Assembly (NCBI GenBank): GCA_965249065.1
Contig: CBDFLG010000001.1
Location: 421,084-485,083, forward strand
Source of the DNA: Dehalococcoidia bacterium
GTDB lineage: Bacteria; Chloroflexota; Dehalococcoidia; Lucifugimonadales; UBA3495
DNA length: 64,000 bases
Direction of reading: 5' to 3'
The translations under genes and the position numbers were made by a program. Each line of letters begins with the position of its first letter. Positions within the stretch are counted from its first letter, which is position 1. Below, one piece after another: positions 49,755 to 57,923 of this stretch. The notes below the pieces were generated by a model that worked only from the letters and a program-made list of their open reading frames with translations, was not told the origin of the DNA and did not search any database.

Positions 49755-50603
49755 CTAGTCGGCTACGCCGGCAGCCTCCCCGCCGGTTATGGTAATCGCA
49801 TCGATTTCCTCGCCGCCTTGCGCCCGGTTCCAGCGCACCAGCGCCCCCTCAGCCACCATCGAGTACATCATTTGCAGGGCGGTCAAGCATAGGAGGGTAA
49901 AGCCCAGGGAGACGACGATTTTGGGTATGAACAGAGGGGTGAGGGGATAATCATTGGTGACCACGCCGCGCTCGTAGTTGTTCACCACGTTTTCCCACAT
50001 CTTCCACATGGTGACCCAGCCGAGGAACAGAACGGAGAAAATTGCCAGCCAGTCGGCGAAAGCCCGTGTTCTGGTGCCCATATAAGGCAACAACACGTCG
50101 ATTCGGACGTGGGCGCCGGAGCGCAGCGAGTAAGAAAAGGCCCAAGTTGCCGCCATGGCCAGAACGTAGCCGCTCATGACGTCGGTGCCGGGTGCCTGCG
50201 TCCAGTCGAGCTTGCGAGCCACTACCTGGTAGGTAATAAAAAAGCCCAGCAGCAACAGTTCCACGCCACAGACGTAGCCCAGAATGTAATATAGACGATC
50301 CATTATAGCTGTCACTGCCCGGGAACCTAGCAACGCCTTGCGTGGGCCCATCAGGAAACCCGCTAAGAGTATCAGAACAGGGAGTACCCCTGTGGCTACG
50401 GACATGAACAACATTTCCGGGTTGTCTGGCCAGAACCAAATCAGGGAGGTCAGTGCCATAATCACTGCAATCCCCAAAAACGATCCTATGATGGCCATGT
50501 GGTGGTCAAGAATGTTCACGGTTATCGCGTCCCCAATAAAACTTGGATTACTTCCCAAGCCAGTTAGCTGCGGATTGCCCCAAGCTATCAGTCCTGTCCG
50601 CAA
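49755..50603 (-). CDS. dctQ: TRAP transporter small permease (DctQ family), extended N-terminus (282 aa; start uncertain)
   Basis: The C-terminal 190 aa has a DctQ-like four-helix pattern (DRLYYILGYVCGVELLLLGFFITYQVVARKL...HVRIDVLL). The gene lies directly upstream of dctM. Confidence 0.7.
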   Translation of the reverse strand: MRTGLIAWGNPQLTGLGSNPSFIGDAITVNILDHHMAIIGSFLGIAVIMALTSLIWFWPDNPEMLFMSVATGVLPVLILLAGFLMGPRKALLGSRAVTAIMDRLYYILGYVCGVELLLLGFFITYQVVARKLDWTQAPGTDVMSGYVLAMAATWAFSYSLRSGAHVRIDVLLPYMGTRTRAFADWLAIFSVLFLGWVTMWKMWENVVNNYERGVVTNDYPLTPLFIPKIVVSLGFTLLCLTALQMMYSMVAEGALVRWNRAQGGEEIDAITITGGEAAGVAD

Positions 50604-50714
50604 TTTGCGTCATTCTACACTAATTTTGAGTTGGTGCAATCCCTTATCCGATGAATTACCAGGACGATTGCAAAGTCATTCAGGCGCCTAGAATGTCCTG
50701 GGGGACGAATTTTT

Positions 50715-50756
50715 AATTTCCCGGTCATTTCCGGCCAATTCCCGCCATTTTCGTTG
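50715..50756. repeat. Four phased 10-12-bp A/T-tract repeats upstream of dctQ
   Basis: AATTTCCCGGTC, ATTTCCGGCC, AATTCCCGCC, ATTTTCGTTG. Confidence 0.55.
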
Positions 50757-50880
50757 TTCTGCCGGGCTGGCCGTGTTGAGGGCCGAATGGCGAACGGGCA
50801 GGGGTTTGCAGGAACTATTTTAGGGGGGTGTCATGGGGCTTGGCAAGGGGGAGGTGTCATCATAAGGCTGGGGTGAGGGC

Positions 50881-51027
50881 AGGACGATTGCAAAGTCCAT
50901 CAAAGCCCGTTCGTGGTTCGGCAAGCTCAGGGCAGGCTTGCCGAACCACGAACGGACTCTGACGGCTGGTCCTGCGACAAGCTCAGGACTAACGGTTTGG
51001 GGGCTTACATTACTTTGCAATCGTTCT
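50881..51027. mobile_element. MITE-like non-coding element bounded by 16-bp terminal inverted repeats, with nested hairpins
   Basis: TIRs are AGGACGATTGCAAAGT (50881-50896) and ACTTTGCAATCGTTCT (51012-51027), 15/16 complementary. An internal perfect 20-bp stem pairs 50907-50926 with 50936-50955. A family 3 module lies at 50969-51003. A solo TIR copy lies at 50661-50677. Confidence 0.6.
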
Positions 51028-51034
51028 GGATGAA

Positions 51035-51793
51035 TTACTGGCTTTGCTGACGGCGGAGTTGGTCTTCCAGTTGCCGGATGCGTTCCTGTGCGGCAGCTCG
51101 CTCGGCCTGGGCGGCGGCTTGTGCGGCAGCTCGCTCGGCCTGGGACTGGCGCAGGGCTTCCTCCAGTTCCGACGGGTTCAGCAGGTATTGCTGATTCACC
51201 CGCTCCCAAAAGCGCAGTTGCCGGTCAACCCAGCACAGCGACAGCCCCAGGGTCTCGCTGTATCCCCAGATCACCCCGTCCGGTTCGGTGAACAACTCAA
51301 TGGAGCGGTAGACGCCGCCCTCCGTGAGCCGGTCACCGGCCAGCGCCGCGTCGTATTGACGGCCCCCGGTGTGGTCGAAGCGCCAGTACTCGGTTACTCC
51401 CAGTTCCGCATAGATGTCACGCTTGACGGTATAGTCCCGGCGGGCGGTGTGCGACGACGCCACTTCCATCACCAGTTCCGGCGGTTTGCCCGCTTCGCTA
51501 ATCACGTAGCCGTTGGTATCCGCGAGGTCGGCGGCGATGACGTCAAAAGACACGAGCATATCGGGGTAAGGACAGGAGGGCAGGTCGCTGCGCTGGCGGC
51601 AAAGATAGCCTCTCCCGGCGATGAACGTGGTGGCGTCGTCGCGCATGGCGTCCAGGTGGCGGGCCAGGGTGTTGGCCACGGCAGGGAGGTCGAAATGGAG
51701 GTATTCTTGCATATCGCTTTTCTTCGGCGGGTTGGGCAGCGGCGGCAGCCGGATGGCGCTGCCCGGGAACCCGGGACGGGGCTGGGCTGTCAT
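51035..51793 (-). CDS. Uma2-family endonuclease with a C-terminal coiled-coil tail, tandem copy 1
   Basis: 252 aa: PDMLVSFDV...PPELVMEVASSHTARRDYTVKRDIYAELGVTEYWRFD. The tail is ...AERAAAQAAAQAERAAAQERIRQLEDQLRRQQSQ. Confidence 0.85.
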   Translation of the reverse strand: MTAQPRPGFPGSAIRLPPLPNPPKKSDMQEYLHFDLPAVANTLARHLDAMRDDATTFIAGRGYLCRQRSDLPSCPYPDMLVSFDVIAADLADTNGYVISEAGKPPELVMEVASSHTARRDYTVKRDIYAELGVTEYWRFDHTGGRQYDAALAGDRLTEGGVYRSIELFTEPDGVIWGYSETLGLSLCWVDRQLRFWERVNQQYLLNPSELEEALRQSQAERAAAQAAAQAERAAAQERIRQLEDQLRRQQSQ

Positions 51794-51848
51794 GGCAAAC
51801 CTCGCGGCGGCAGGTGCCGCAGACGGTATTAATAGGCACTAGGGCTAA

Positions 51849-52574
51849 TTACAGGCTTTGCTGACGGCGAAGTTGGTCTTCCAGTTGCCGGATGCGTTCC
51901 TGTGCGGCGGCGCGCTCGGCCTGGGACTGGCGCAGGGCTTCCTCCAGTTCCGACGGGTTCAGCAGGTATTGCTGATTCACCCGCTCCCAAAAGCGCAGTT
52001 GCCGGTCAACCCAGCACAGCGACAGCCCCAGGGTCTCGCTGTATCCCCAGATCACCCCGTCCGGTTCGGTGAACAACTCAATGGAGCGGTAGACGCCGCC
52101 CTCCGTGAGCCGGTCACCGGCCAGCGCCGCGTCGTATTGACGGCCCCCGGTGTGGTCGAAGCGCCAGTACTCGGTTACTCCCAGTTCCGCATAGATGTCA
52201 CGCTTGACGGTATAGTCCCGGCGGGCGGTGTGCGACGACGCCACTTCCATCACCAGTTCCGGCGGTTTGCCCGCTTCGCTAATCACGTAGCCGTTGGTAT
52301 CCACGAGGTCGGCGGCGATGACGTCAAAAGACACGAGCATATCGGGGTAAGGACAGGAGGGCAGGTCGCTGCGCTGGCGGCAAAGATAGCCTCTCCCGGC
52401 GATGAACGTGGTGGCGTCGTCGCGCATGGCGTCCAGGTGGCGGGCCAGGGTGTTGGCCACGGCAGGGAGGTCGAAATGGAGGTATTCTTGCATATCGCTT
52501 TTCTTCGGCGGGTTGGGCAGCGGCGGCAGCCGGATGGCGCTGCCCGGGAACCCGGGACGGGGCTGGGCTGTCAT
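51849..52574 (-). CDS. Uma2-family endonuclease, tandem copy 2
   Basis: Identical to copy 1 except for A/V and Q/L substitutions and the absence of an 11-aa repeat in the tail. The track ORF extends to 52610. ATG 52574 corresponds to the copy 1 start. Confidence 0.85.
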   Translation of the reverse strand: MTAQPRPGFPGSAIRLPPLPNPPKKSDMQEYLHFDLPAVANTLARHLDAMRDDATTFIAGRGYLCRQRSDLPSCPYPDMLVSFDVIAADLVDTNGYVISEAGKPPELVMEVASSHTARRDYTVKRDIYAELGVTEYWRFDHTGGRQYDAALAGDRLTEGGVYRSIELFTEPDGVIWGYSETLGLSLCWVDRQLRFWERVNQQYLLNPSELEEALRQSQAERAAAQERIRQLEDQLRRQQSL

Positions 52575-52696
52575 GGCAAACCTCGCGTCGGCAGGTGCGA
52601 TAATCGGCATTATACCGGCATTGTACCCCGGACGGGTGAACCGCGCGCCCGGAGACTTTCGATTTCCCGACGGACTTCCGGGAGGCCGGAAATGAA

Positions 52697-52726
52697 AGCG
52701 CCCCTCCCTGTCTTGGGAGGGGCGCT
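52697..52726 (-). terminator. Intrinsic terminator downstream of dctP-1
   Basis: Perfect 12-bp stem AGCGCCCCTCCC / GGGAGGGGCGCT with loop TGTCTT. On the minus-strand RNA it is followed by UUUCAUUUCC. Confidence 0.65.
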
Positions 52727-52747
52727 CGCGGCTTATCCGGTGGTTCC

Positions 52748-54307
52748 TTATTGGGCGTTTGGGCCCTTGGTTATCGGGGCGTCGGACACGGAGCCGTCGG
52801 CGTTGATAGCGAGGCCGACGTAGGGGCCGACGTGTTCGTTGAATATCCCAACGACCTCGTCCCCTTTGCCGGGGTAGCCCACCCGCCGCAGCCAGCCGGG
52901 GATGACGTGCTGGACTACGGACACGTTAAAGCTGTGGTCGGCCAGTTCGGGCGAGAACTCCACCAGTTCCATTCCGGCATCCACGTTCTTCTGTACGCCG
53001 GTGACGTTCTGGATGGAGGTGAGCCGCAACTGCTCCAGCTCGGCCTTGGCCCCTTCCTCAATGAAAATCTGCTGGAGGTCGGCGGGGATGCTCTCCCAGA
53101 CATCCGCGTTGACCACGTTGTTGGTGGAAAGCAGGCTCTTCAGCGGGCCGTTTAGGTATGCGGTGACTTCATACCACCGCTGACCGTGCCCTGGGGTGGA
53201 GCCGGTTACGCCAGCCTCGAGGATGCCGCGCTCCAAGGCGGTGTAGACCTCGGCGAAGGCCACGAACTGGGCTTCGGCGCCCATGCCCTGAATCCAGTCG
53301 GACAGGGCGGCGGCGTGGCTGCGTGTCTTGAGTCCTTCGAAGTCGGCGAGGGTGCGCAGGGGCTTCTTGCTGAAGAAGAACTGGTCGTTGCCGGAATACC
53401 AGTTGTGGTTGATGATGAGACCGCCGCCGGTTTCTACGGCCACCATCTCTTCCAACTGCGGGTGCATATCGGTTAGCGACAGGTACATCGTCTCCCAGTC
53501 GGGGTAGATGCCCCAGAGCGATTGCACTTCGATGGCGGGCAGCGCGCCGGCCACGTAGCCAGTGTAGATGTTGGCCATGGAGATGGTGCCATCAGAGACC
53601 AGTTGCAGAGTATCCGGGCCGGCTAGGCCCAACTCTGGGAAGGAGCTGACCACCAGATTTAGCTGCCCGTTGGTGCGGGCCTCCAGGTTGGGGGCCCAAT
53701 GCTGCTCAATGAGCTTGCAGGGCAGCAGGGCGCGGTTGATGCAGGCGTGCTGAACCTTGATAGATTCCCCGCTGGAAACCAGCTCGGTGGGGTTGGTTAA
53801 GTTGGCCCTCTCGATGAGCGATTGATAATAGTCGCTTTCGTACAGCCACAGATGGTCGGTCAGGGCGTCTAGGGGCACGTTGCCCTCGGAGTCGCCTAGG
53901 TCGTTGTCCGGTCCGCCGCCGGCGGTGAGCGGGGCGGGGCCGGCCATCTGACTGATGTCGCCCACGTAAATCGCGCCGGGGCCGCCGGCGTTATCGGCGG
54001 CGTATTCCATCAGGGCATCGTCTCCGGTCATCATTGCCGCGGTCGGCTCGGGCATGGCCGTAGGCTCTTCGACGCCAGTGGTGTCCGTGGGCTCGGGCAT
54101 GGCCGTGGGCTCTTCGGCGCCAGTGGTGTCCGTGGGCTCGGGCATGGCCGTGGGCTCTTCGGCGGCCGCAGGCGCGGCGGTAGCAGTCGGCGGCACCGCG
54201 GTTGGGGGAGGCGAAGTTGCCGCCTCGCCGCAGGCGGCCAGCCCTGCCGTCAGCAGCAGCATTGAGACCATCAGTAGAATCGCGATTGGTAGTCTGGGGT
54301 TAATCAT
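52748..54307 (-). CDS. dctP: TRAP substrate-binding protein (DctP family) with lipoprotein signal and a long Pro/Thr/Glu-rich tether, paralog 1
   Basis: 519 aa: LLLTAGLAACGE lipobox and a 3x EEPTAMPEPTDTTG repeat, followed by a DctP-like body. AGGAGG lies 11 nt upstream of the ATG. Confidence 0.8.
   Translation of the reverse strand: MINPRLPIAILLMVSMLLLTAGLAACGEAATSPPPTAVPPTATAAPAAAEEPTAMPEPTDTTGAEEPTAMPEPTDTTGVEEPTAMPEPTAAMMTGDDALMEYAADNAGGPGAIYVGDISQMAGPAPLTAGGGPDNDLGDSEGNVPLDALTDHLWLYESDYYQSLIERANLTNPTELVSSGESIKVQHACINRALLPCKLIEQHWAPNLEARTNGQLNLVVSSFPELGLAGPDTLQLVSDGTISMANIYTGYVAGALPAIEVQSLWGIYPDWETMYLSLTDMHPQLEEMVAVETGGGLIINHNWYSGNDQFFFSKKPLRTLADFEGLKTRSHAAALSDWIQGMGAEAQFVAFAEVYTALERGILEAGVTGSTPGHGQRWYEVTAYLNGPLKSLLSTNNVVNADVWESIPADLQQIFIEEGAKAELEQLRLTSIQNVTGVQKNVDAGMELVEFSPELADHSFNVSVVQHVIPGWLRRVGYPGKGDEVVGIFNEHVGPYVGLAINADGSVSDAPITKGPNAQ
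54045..54160 (-). repeat. 42-bp tandem repeat (2.7 units) inside the dctP-1 linker region
   Basis: GGCTCGGGCATGGCCGTRGGCTCTTCGRCGCCAGTGGTGTCCGTG at 54045-54086 and 54087-54128, with a partial unit at 54129-54160. It encodes EEPTAMPEPTDTTG. Confidence 0.8.
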
Positions 54308-54436
54308 CCTGGGGTTTACCTCCTAAATTTGCCCCCCGCCTGGGGGGTTCCTGATAGGTATTCTCTGAGTTTTCCGTGTTCTCTCCGGCCCTTTCGACGG
54401 CTGGCTTGCGGGCGGCCACCCCTGCAAGGTTCGCGT

Positions 54437-56068
54437 TTATTGGCCGGCGCGCGAGCCCTTGGTGATTGGAACCTGCGTAATCGTACCGTCCTCGTTAACC
54501 CAGACTCCTGTATAGGGGCTCATCTTGTCGTTGAAGATGGCCACAATGTCGGCACTCCTCTCCGGGTACCCCAGACGGCGCAGCCAGCCCGGCATGACGT
54601 GTTGCGGCACAACCACGGTCTGGATATGCTCCAGGATCTCCGGAGAGAATGGCACCGGCTGCATACCAAGCTGCATATTGATTTGCACTGCGGCGAGGTT
54701 CTGGAACGGAGCTAATCGCAGCCCTTCCAGTTCGGCTTTCGCACCCTCCTCGACGATAATCTGTTGCAGGTCCTCGGGTATCTCGCTCCAAACGTCCTTG
54801 TTGATGACGTTGTTGGTATAGCCGAAGCCGATGATTGGCCCCGACATATAGTCGGTCACCTCATGCAGTTTGGCGGACGCTGCCAGCAGAGCGTCATACA
54901 CGGCCACGTCTACCACCCCGGTGTTCAGGGCGGTATAAAGTTCGGCTATGGAGGTGAAGTTCGCCTCACCACCCATCCCAACGATGAAATCCGACATGGA
55001 CGCAGAGTTGGAACGAATCTTCAGGCCGTCGTAGTCTTCCACACTCTGAAGCGGCTTGCTGCTGTAGAACCACTGGTCTGATCCGGCAAACCAGTTGCGG
55101 TTCAGCACGTGGCTACCGCCCGTCGCGTCTAACATCAACCGGTCTATGTCGTCGGCGACCGCGGTGAGGCTAAGGTACGACGTCTCCCAGTCGGGGGCCG
55201 TGCCCCAGAGTGATTGAACCTCTAGGGCGGGCAGCTCTCCCGCTACGTAGCCGGTAAAGATGTTGACCATATCCAGGGTGCCGTCGGTCACTTGGCTCAG
55301 GGTGTCGGGGCCGGCTATCTGTAATTCTACGAGGGATACCACCGAGAGTTTGACTTGGCCGTTGGTGCGTTTTGCTATGTTGGGCGCCAAGTAGGTTTGA
55401 ATTAGCACACAGGCCGGCAGGTTGCGGTCTAGGCAGACGTGCTGAATCTTGATGTCCTCGCCGGAGGAAGTCAACTCGGCAGGGCTGGTCAGGTTGGCTT
55501 TTTCCAGCAGACCCTGGTAGTACTCGCTGGTGTAGATGAACAGGTGGCTGGGCACGCCCAACTCCGGCAACCCGAACAAACCTAGAGTGGCAGCTTGGGT
55601 GTAGGCTTCCTCCGGGAACCGGAACATCAGCCCCTCATGGGGTGGTGGGCCGATTAGCTGCATAGGGTCGCCAATGAAAATCGCGCCCGGGCCGTTGGCG
55701 TATTCGGCAGCGTAAGCCGCCAGCTTCTCTTCCTCCTCCGACATCACGGGCGGAGTAGTGGGATCCGGGGTTGCAGGTGCAGCGACGGCTGCGGTCTGGG
55801 CAGGCTCGGTGGTAGCGACCGGCTCGGCTGTGGTGGCGGGAACCGGCGTTGGGGTGGCCGCAGGTTCGGGAGTGGCAGGGGCAGGGGCAGACGAGGTGGG
55901 CATAGCAGTGGGTGGAACGGGTGTAGGCTCCGGCGCGGCGGTGGCCGCCGGTTCCGTCGGCGCGGCGTCATCCCCGCCGCAGGCCGTCAGACCGGCTAGC
56001 AAGGCGATGATCAAAATTACCGGAATAATCAACCGCGCCAAAGCTGCCTCTCTTTGCTGTACATACAA
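54437..56068 (-). CDS. dctP: TRAP substrate-binding protein (DctP family) with lipoprotein signal and Pro/Thr/Ala-rich tether, paralog 2
   Basis: 543 aa: ALLAGLTACGG lipobox. The body is colinear with paralog 1 (for example GPDTLSQVTDGTLDMVNIFTGYVAGELPALEVQSLWG). Confidence 0.8.
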   Translation of the reverse strand: MYVQQREAALARLIIPVILIIALLAGLTACGGDDAAPTEPAATAAPEPTPVPPTAMPTSSAPAPATPEPAATPTPVPATTAEPVATTEPAQTAAVAAPATPDPTTPPVMSEEEEKLAAYAAEYANGPGAIFIGDPMQLIGPPPHEGLMFRFPEEAYTQAATLGLFGLPELGVPSHLFIYTSEYYQGLLEKANLTSPAELTSSGEDIKIQHVCLDRNLPACVLIQTYLAPNIAKRTNGQVKLSVVSLVELQIAGPDTLSQVTDGTLDMVNIFTGYVAGELPALEVQSLWGTAPDWETSYLSLTAVADDIDRLMLDATGGSHVLNRNWFAGSDQWFYSSKPLQSVEDYDGLKIRSNSASMSDFIVGMGGEANFTSIAELYTALNTGVVDVAVYDALLAASAKLHEVTDYMSGPIIGFGYTNNVINKDVWSEIPEDLQQIIVEEGAKAELEGLRLAPFQNLAAVQINMQLGMQPVPFSPEILEHIQTVVVPQHVMPGWLRRLGYPERSADIVAIFNDKMSPYTGVWVNEDGTITQVPITKGSRAGQ

Positions 56069-56231
56069 AAACTTGGTTGCCGTATACGACGGCGCATTTT
56101 AAAGGCTGAAAGCGTTCAGGCCAACAACCGCTAACTGACGCAATTACCGATGCACATTACGAAAACAGGCGGCGTTGCGACAGAATCGGGTATGTAAGTT
56201 CCGGCGAAGGATGTGCAAAGACGGGCGGCGC

Positions 56232-57923
56232 TCAACGGGCTCCCTTCGCTTGGTCCGGCAGCCAGGTGACGATCTCGGGGAACAGCATCAGAATGCCGAT
56301 AACCACGGCCATACATACCATAAAAGGCAAGACCCCGATATAGACGTCGTTGATCGTCTCGGTTTCGGTCACTCCCCGCAGTTCCGCCGTCTCGTGCCGC
56401 GCGCCGTGCAGGACGTAGAGCGAAAGGCCTTGGGGAGGGCTGATTTGCGCCGCCTCCAGCAGGATAATCATTATGATGCCGAACCAGAGCATATCGATTC
56501 CGCTCTGGAACAGCGTCTCCAGCAGGATGGGCAGCGTGGTCGCCAGCATGGAGTAGCTTTCCATGAAAGTGCCAAGCAGAAGGTAGAAGATTACCAGTAT
56601 CCCCACCAACTGCCAGTCGGCCAAATCCAGGCTCACTACCAGGTCGGCCAGGGCGTGGGAGATTCGCAGGTAGGCGAAGGCAAATTGCAGGGTAAACGCC
56701 GCCATCAGAATGAACATAATCATGCAGGTGGTGCGCATGGTGGACGTGAACACTTCCTGCAGCATTGACAGGTTGGAGCGCATTACCATGCTGACGTTGA
56801 CCATCGAGGGCATTCGAGATTCCTCTAACTCCTCGCGAGATACTTCCGACAATACAGGCACCCAGCCCATCGGCGGGAGGAACAGCACCTCGATCAGGAA
56901 TATCGCCTCGGCGATTTCGGGGTCCACGAAAAGCGAACTGTCAGGGAAGAAGACCAGAAAGACCGTCTGAACAGTCAGGTGCAACACCACCAGACCGATG
57001 AATGTTCCCACGGCCAGGCGCAGGGGAGAGTAGAAGCGGATGAGTCCGGTGTTACGCAGCACAGCGCCGATTACCGGCACCCATAGCGGTTTCGAGTTGT
57101 AGAGGCAGGCGAGGATGAAAGCGCCGTATACCCCGATGGCCGCCGCTTCGCTGGGGGTAGCGATGCCCCCGTAGATGGAGCCAAGCACGGCCAGAATCAG
57201 AATAGTCACCGGCCCCACGGCGATGGAGCCGACGAGCCGGTCGCGCCATCCCCGCCAGTAGCCCGGCTGCCAGAAGCATACGTAGGCATTTAAGAAAGTC
57301 AACTCTCCCTGGACCCTGGGAGCGACGCCCGGCCAGACCACGGCAGCGAAACCAATTAAAGCCATAAAGGTAAACGCCATCAGCGCACCGGGGATGAACC
57401 CGGCCAGAAACAGCCGGCCAATGGAGGTGCCGGTGCTGAGTCCGTAGATGAGCAGCAGGACGCTGGGCGGAATCAGGATGCCCAGCGTACCTCCGGCAGC
57501 CAGCGAACCCACCACCAGCCGCTCGTTGTAGCCGCGGGTGTGGAACGTCGGCAACGCTACCCGGCTGATGGTGGCCGCGGTGGAGATACTGGATCCGGAG
57601 CAGGCGGCGAAGATGGCGCAGGACACGATGTTGGTGTGCAGCAGTCCGCCTGGTATTGGCGCCACCCAGCGGTCCAGCGCCCGGTACATTCGATCGGCGA
57701 TTCCGCTGCGCAGCACCAACTCGCCCATCAAAATGAACAGCGGAATGGCCACCAGCAGGAATCTGGTATAGGTTTCCCATACCCGGTTGGCCATGATGTT
57801 GGACAGCGGCGCTTCGGAGAAGAACTCCATGAGCAGCAGAGCCAAGCCCCCCAGCGCTCCAGCCACGTACAGCCCGGCTAGGAAGAAGACGGTCATCAGG
57901 ATGAATGCTACGGCTATAACCAA
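56232..57923 (-). CDS. dctM: TRAP transporter large permease (DctM family), paralog 2, unusually long
   Basis: The track ORF runs to 58022 (596 aa). TTG 57923 gives MVIAVAFILMTVFFLAGLYVAGALG, colinear with the paralog 1 N-terminus. It has the same central extra segment. Confidence 0.8.
   Translation of the reverse strand: MVIAVAFILMTVFFLAGLYVAGALGGLALLLMEFFSEAPLSNIMANRVWETYTRFLLVAIPLFILMGELVLRSGIADRMYRALDRWVAPIPGGLLHTNIVSCAIFAACSGSSISTAATISRVALPTFHTRGYNERLVVGSLAAGGTLGILIPPSVLLLIYGLSTGTSIGRLFLAGFIPGALMAFTFMALIGFAAVVWPGVAPRVQGELTFLNAYVCFWQPGYWRGWRDRLVGSIAVGPVTILILAVLGSIYGGIATPSEAAAIGVYGAFILACLYNSKPLWVPVIGAVLRNTGLIRFYSPLRLAVGTFIGLVVLHLTVQTVFLVFFPDSSLFVDPEIAEAIFLIEVLFLPPMGWVPVLSEVSREELEESRMPSMVNVSMVMRSNLSMLQEVFTSTMRTTCMIMFILMAAFTLQFAFAYLRISHALADLVVSLDLADWQLVGILVIFYLLLGTFMESYSMLATTLPILLETLFQSGIDMLWFGIIMIILLEAAQISPPQGLSLYVLHGARHETAELRGVTETETINDVYIGVLPFMVCMAVVIGILMLFPEIVTWLPDQAKGAR

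Larger units (their letters stand above)
51033..52599. repeat. Tandem direct duplication of about 0.8 kb (51033-51818 and 51847-52599)
   Basis: By-eye alignment finds only a handful of mismatches plus a 33-bp indel. Similarity extends about 25 nt upstream of each ATG. Confidence 0.85.

Noticed and set aside
48115-49758. 547-aa plus-strand ORF opposite dctM-1
   Set aside because: Hydrophilic His/Gln/Gly-rich antisense translation of a membrane-protein gene; an artefact.
51044-52823. Plus-strand ORFs 51044..51832 and 51858..52823 opposite the Uma2 genes
   Set aside because: The Uma2 motifs are on the minus strand. The plus-strand products are low-complexity, and they appear duplicated only because the DNA is duplicated.
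54045-54160. Possible CRISPR-like array (regularly spaced repeats)
   Set aside because: The repeats are contiguous 42-bp units without spacers and lie in frame inside the dctP-1 coding sequence. No cas genes are present. No other repeat-spacer structure was seen in the window.
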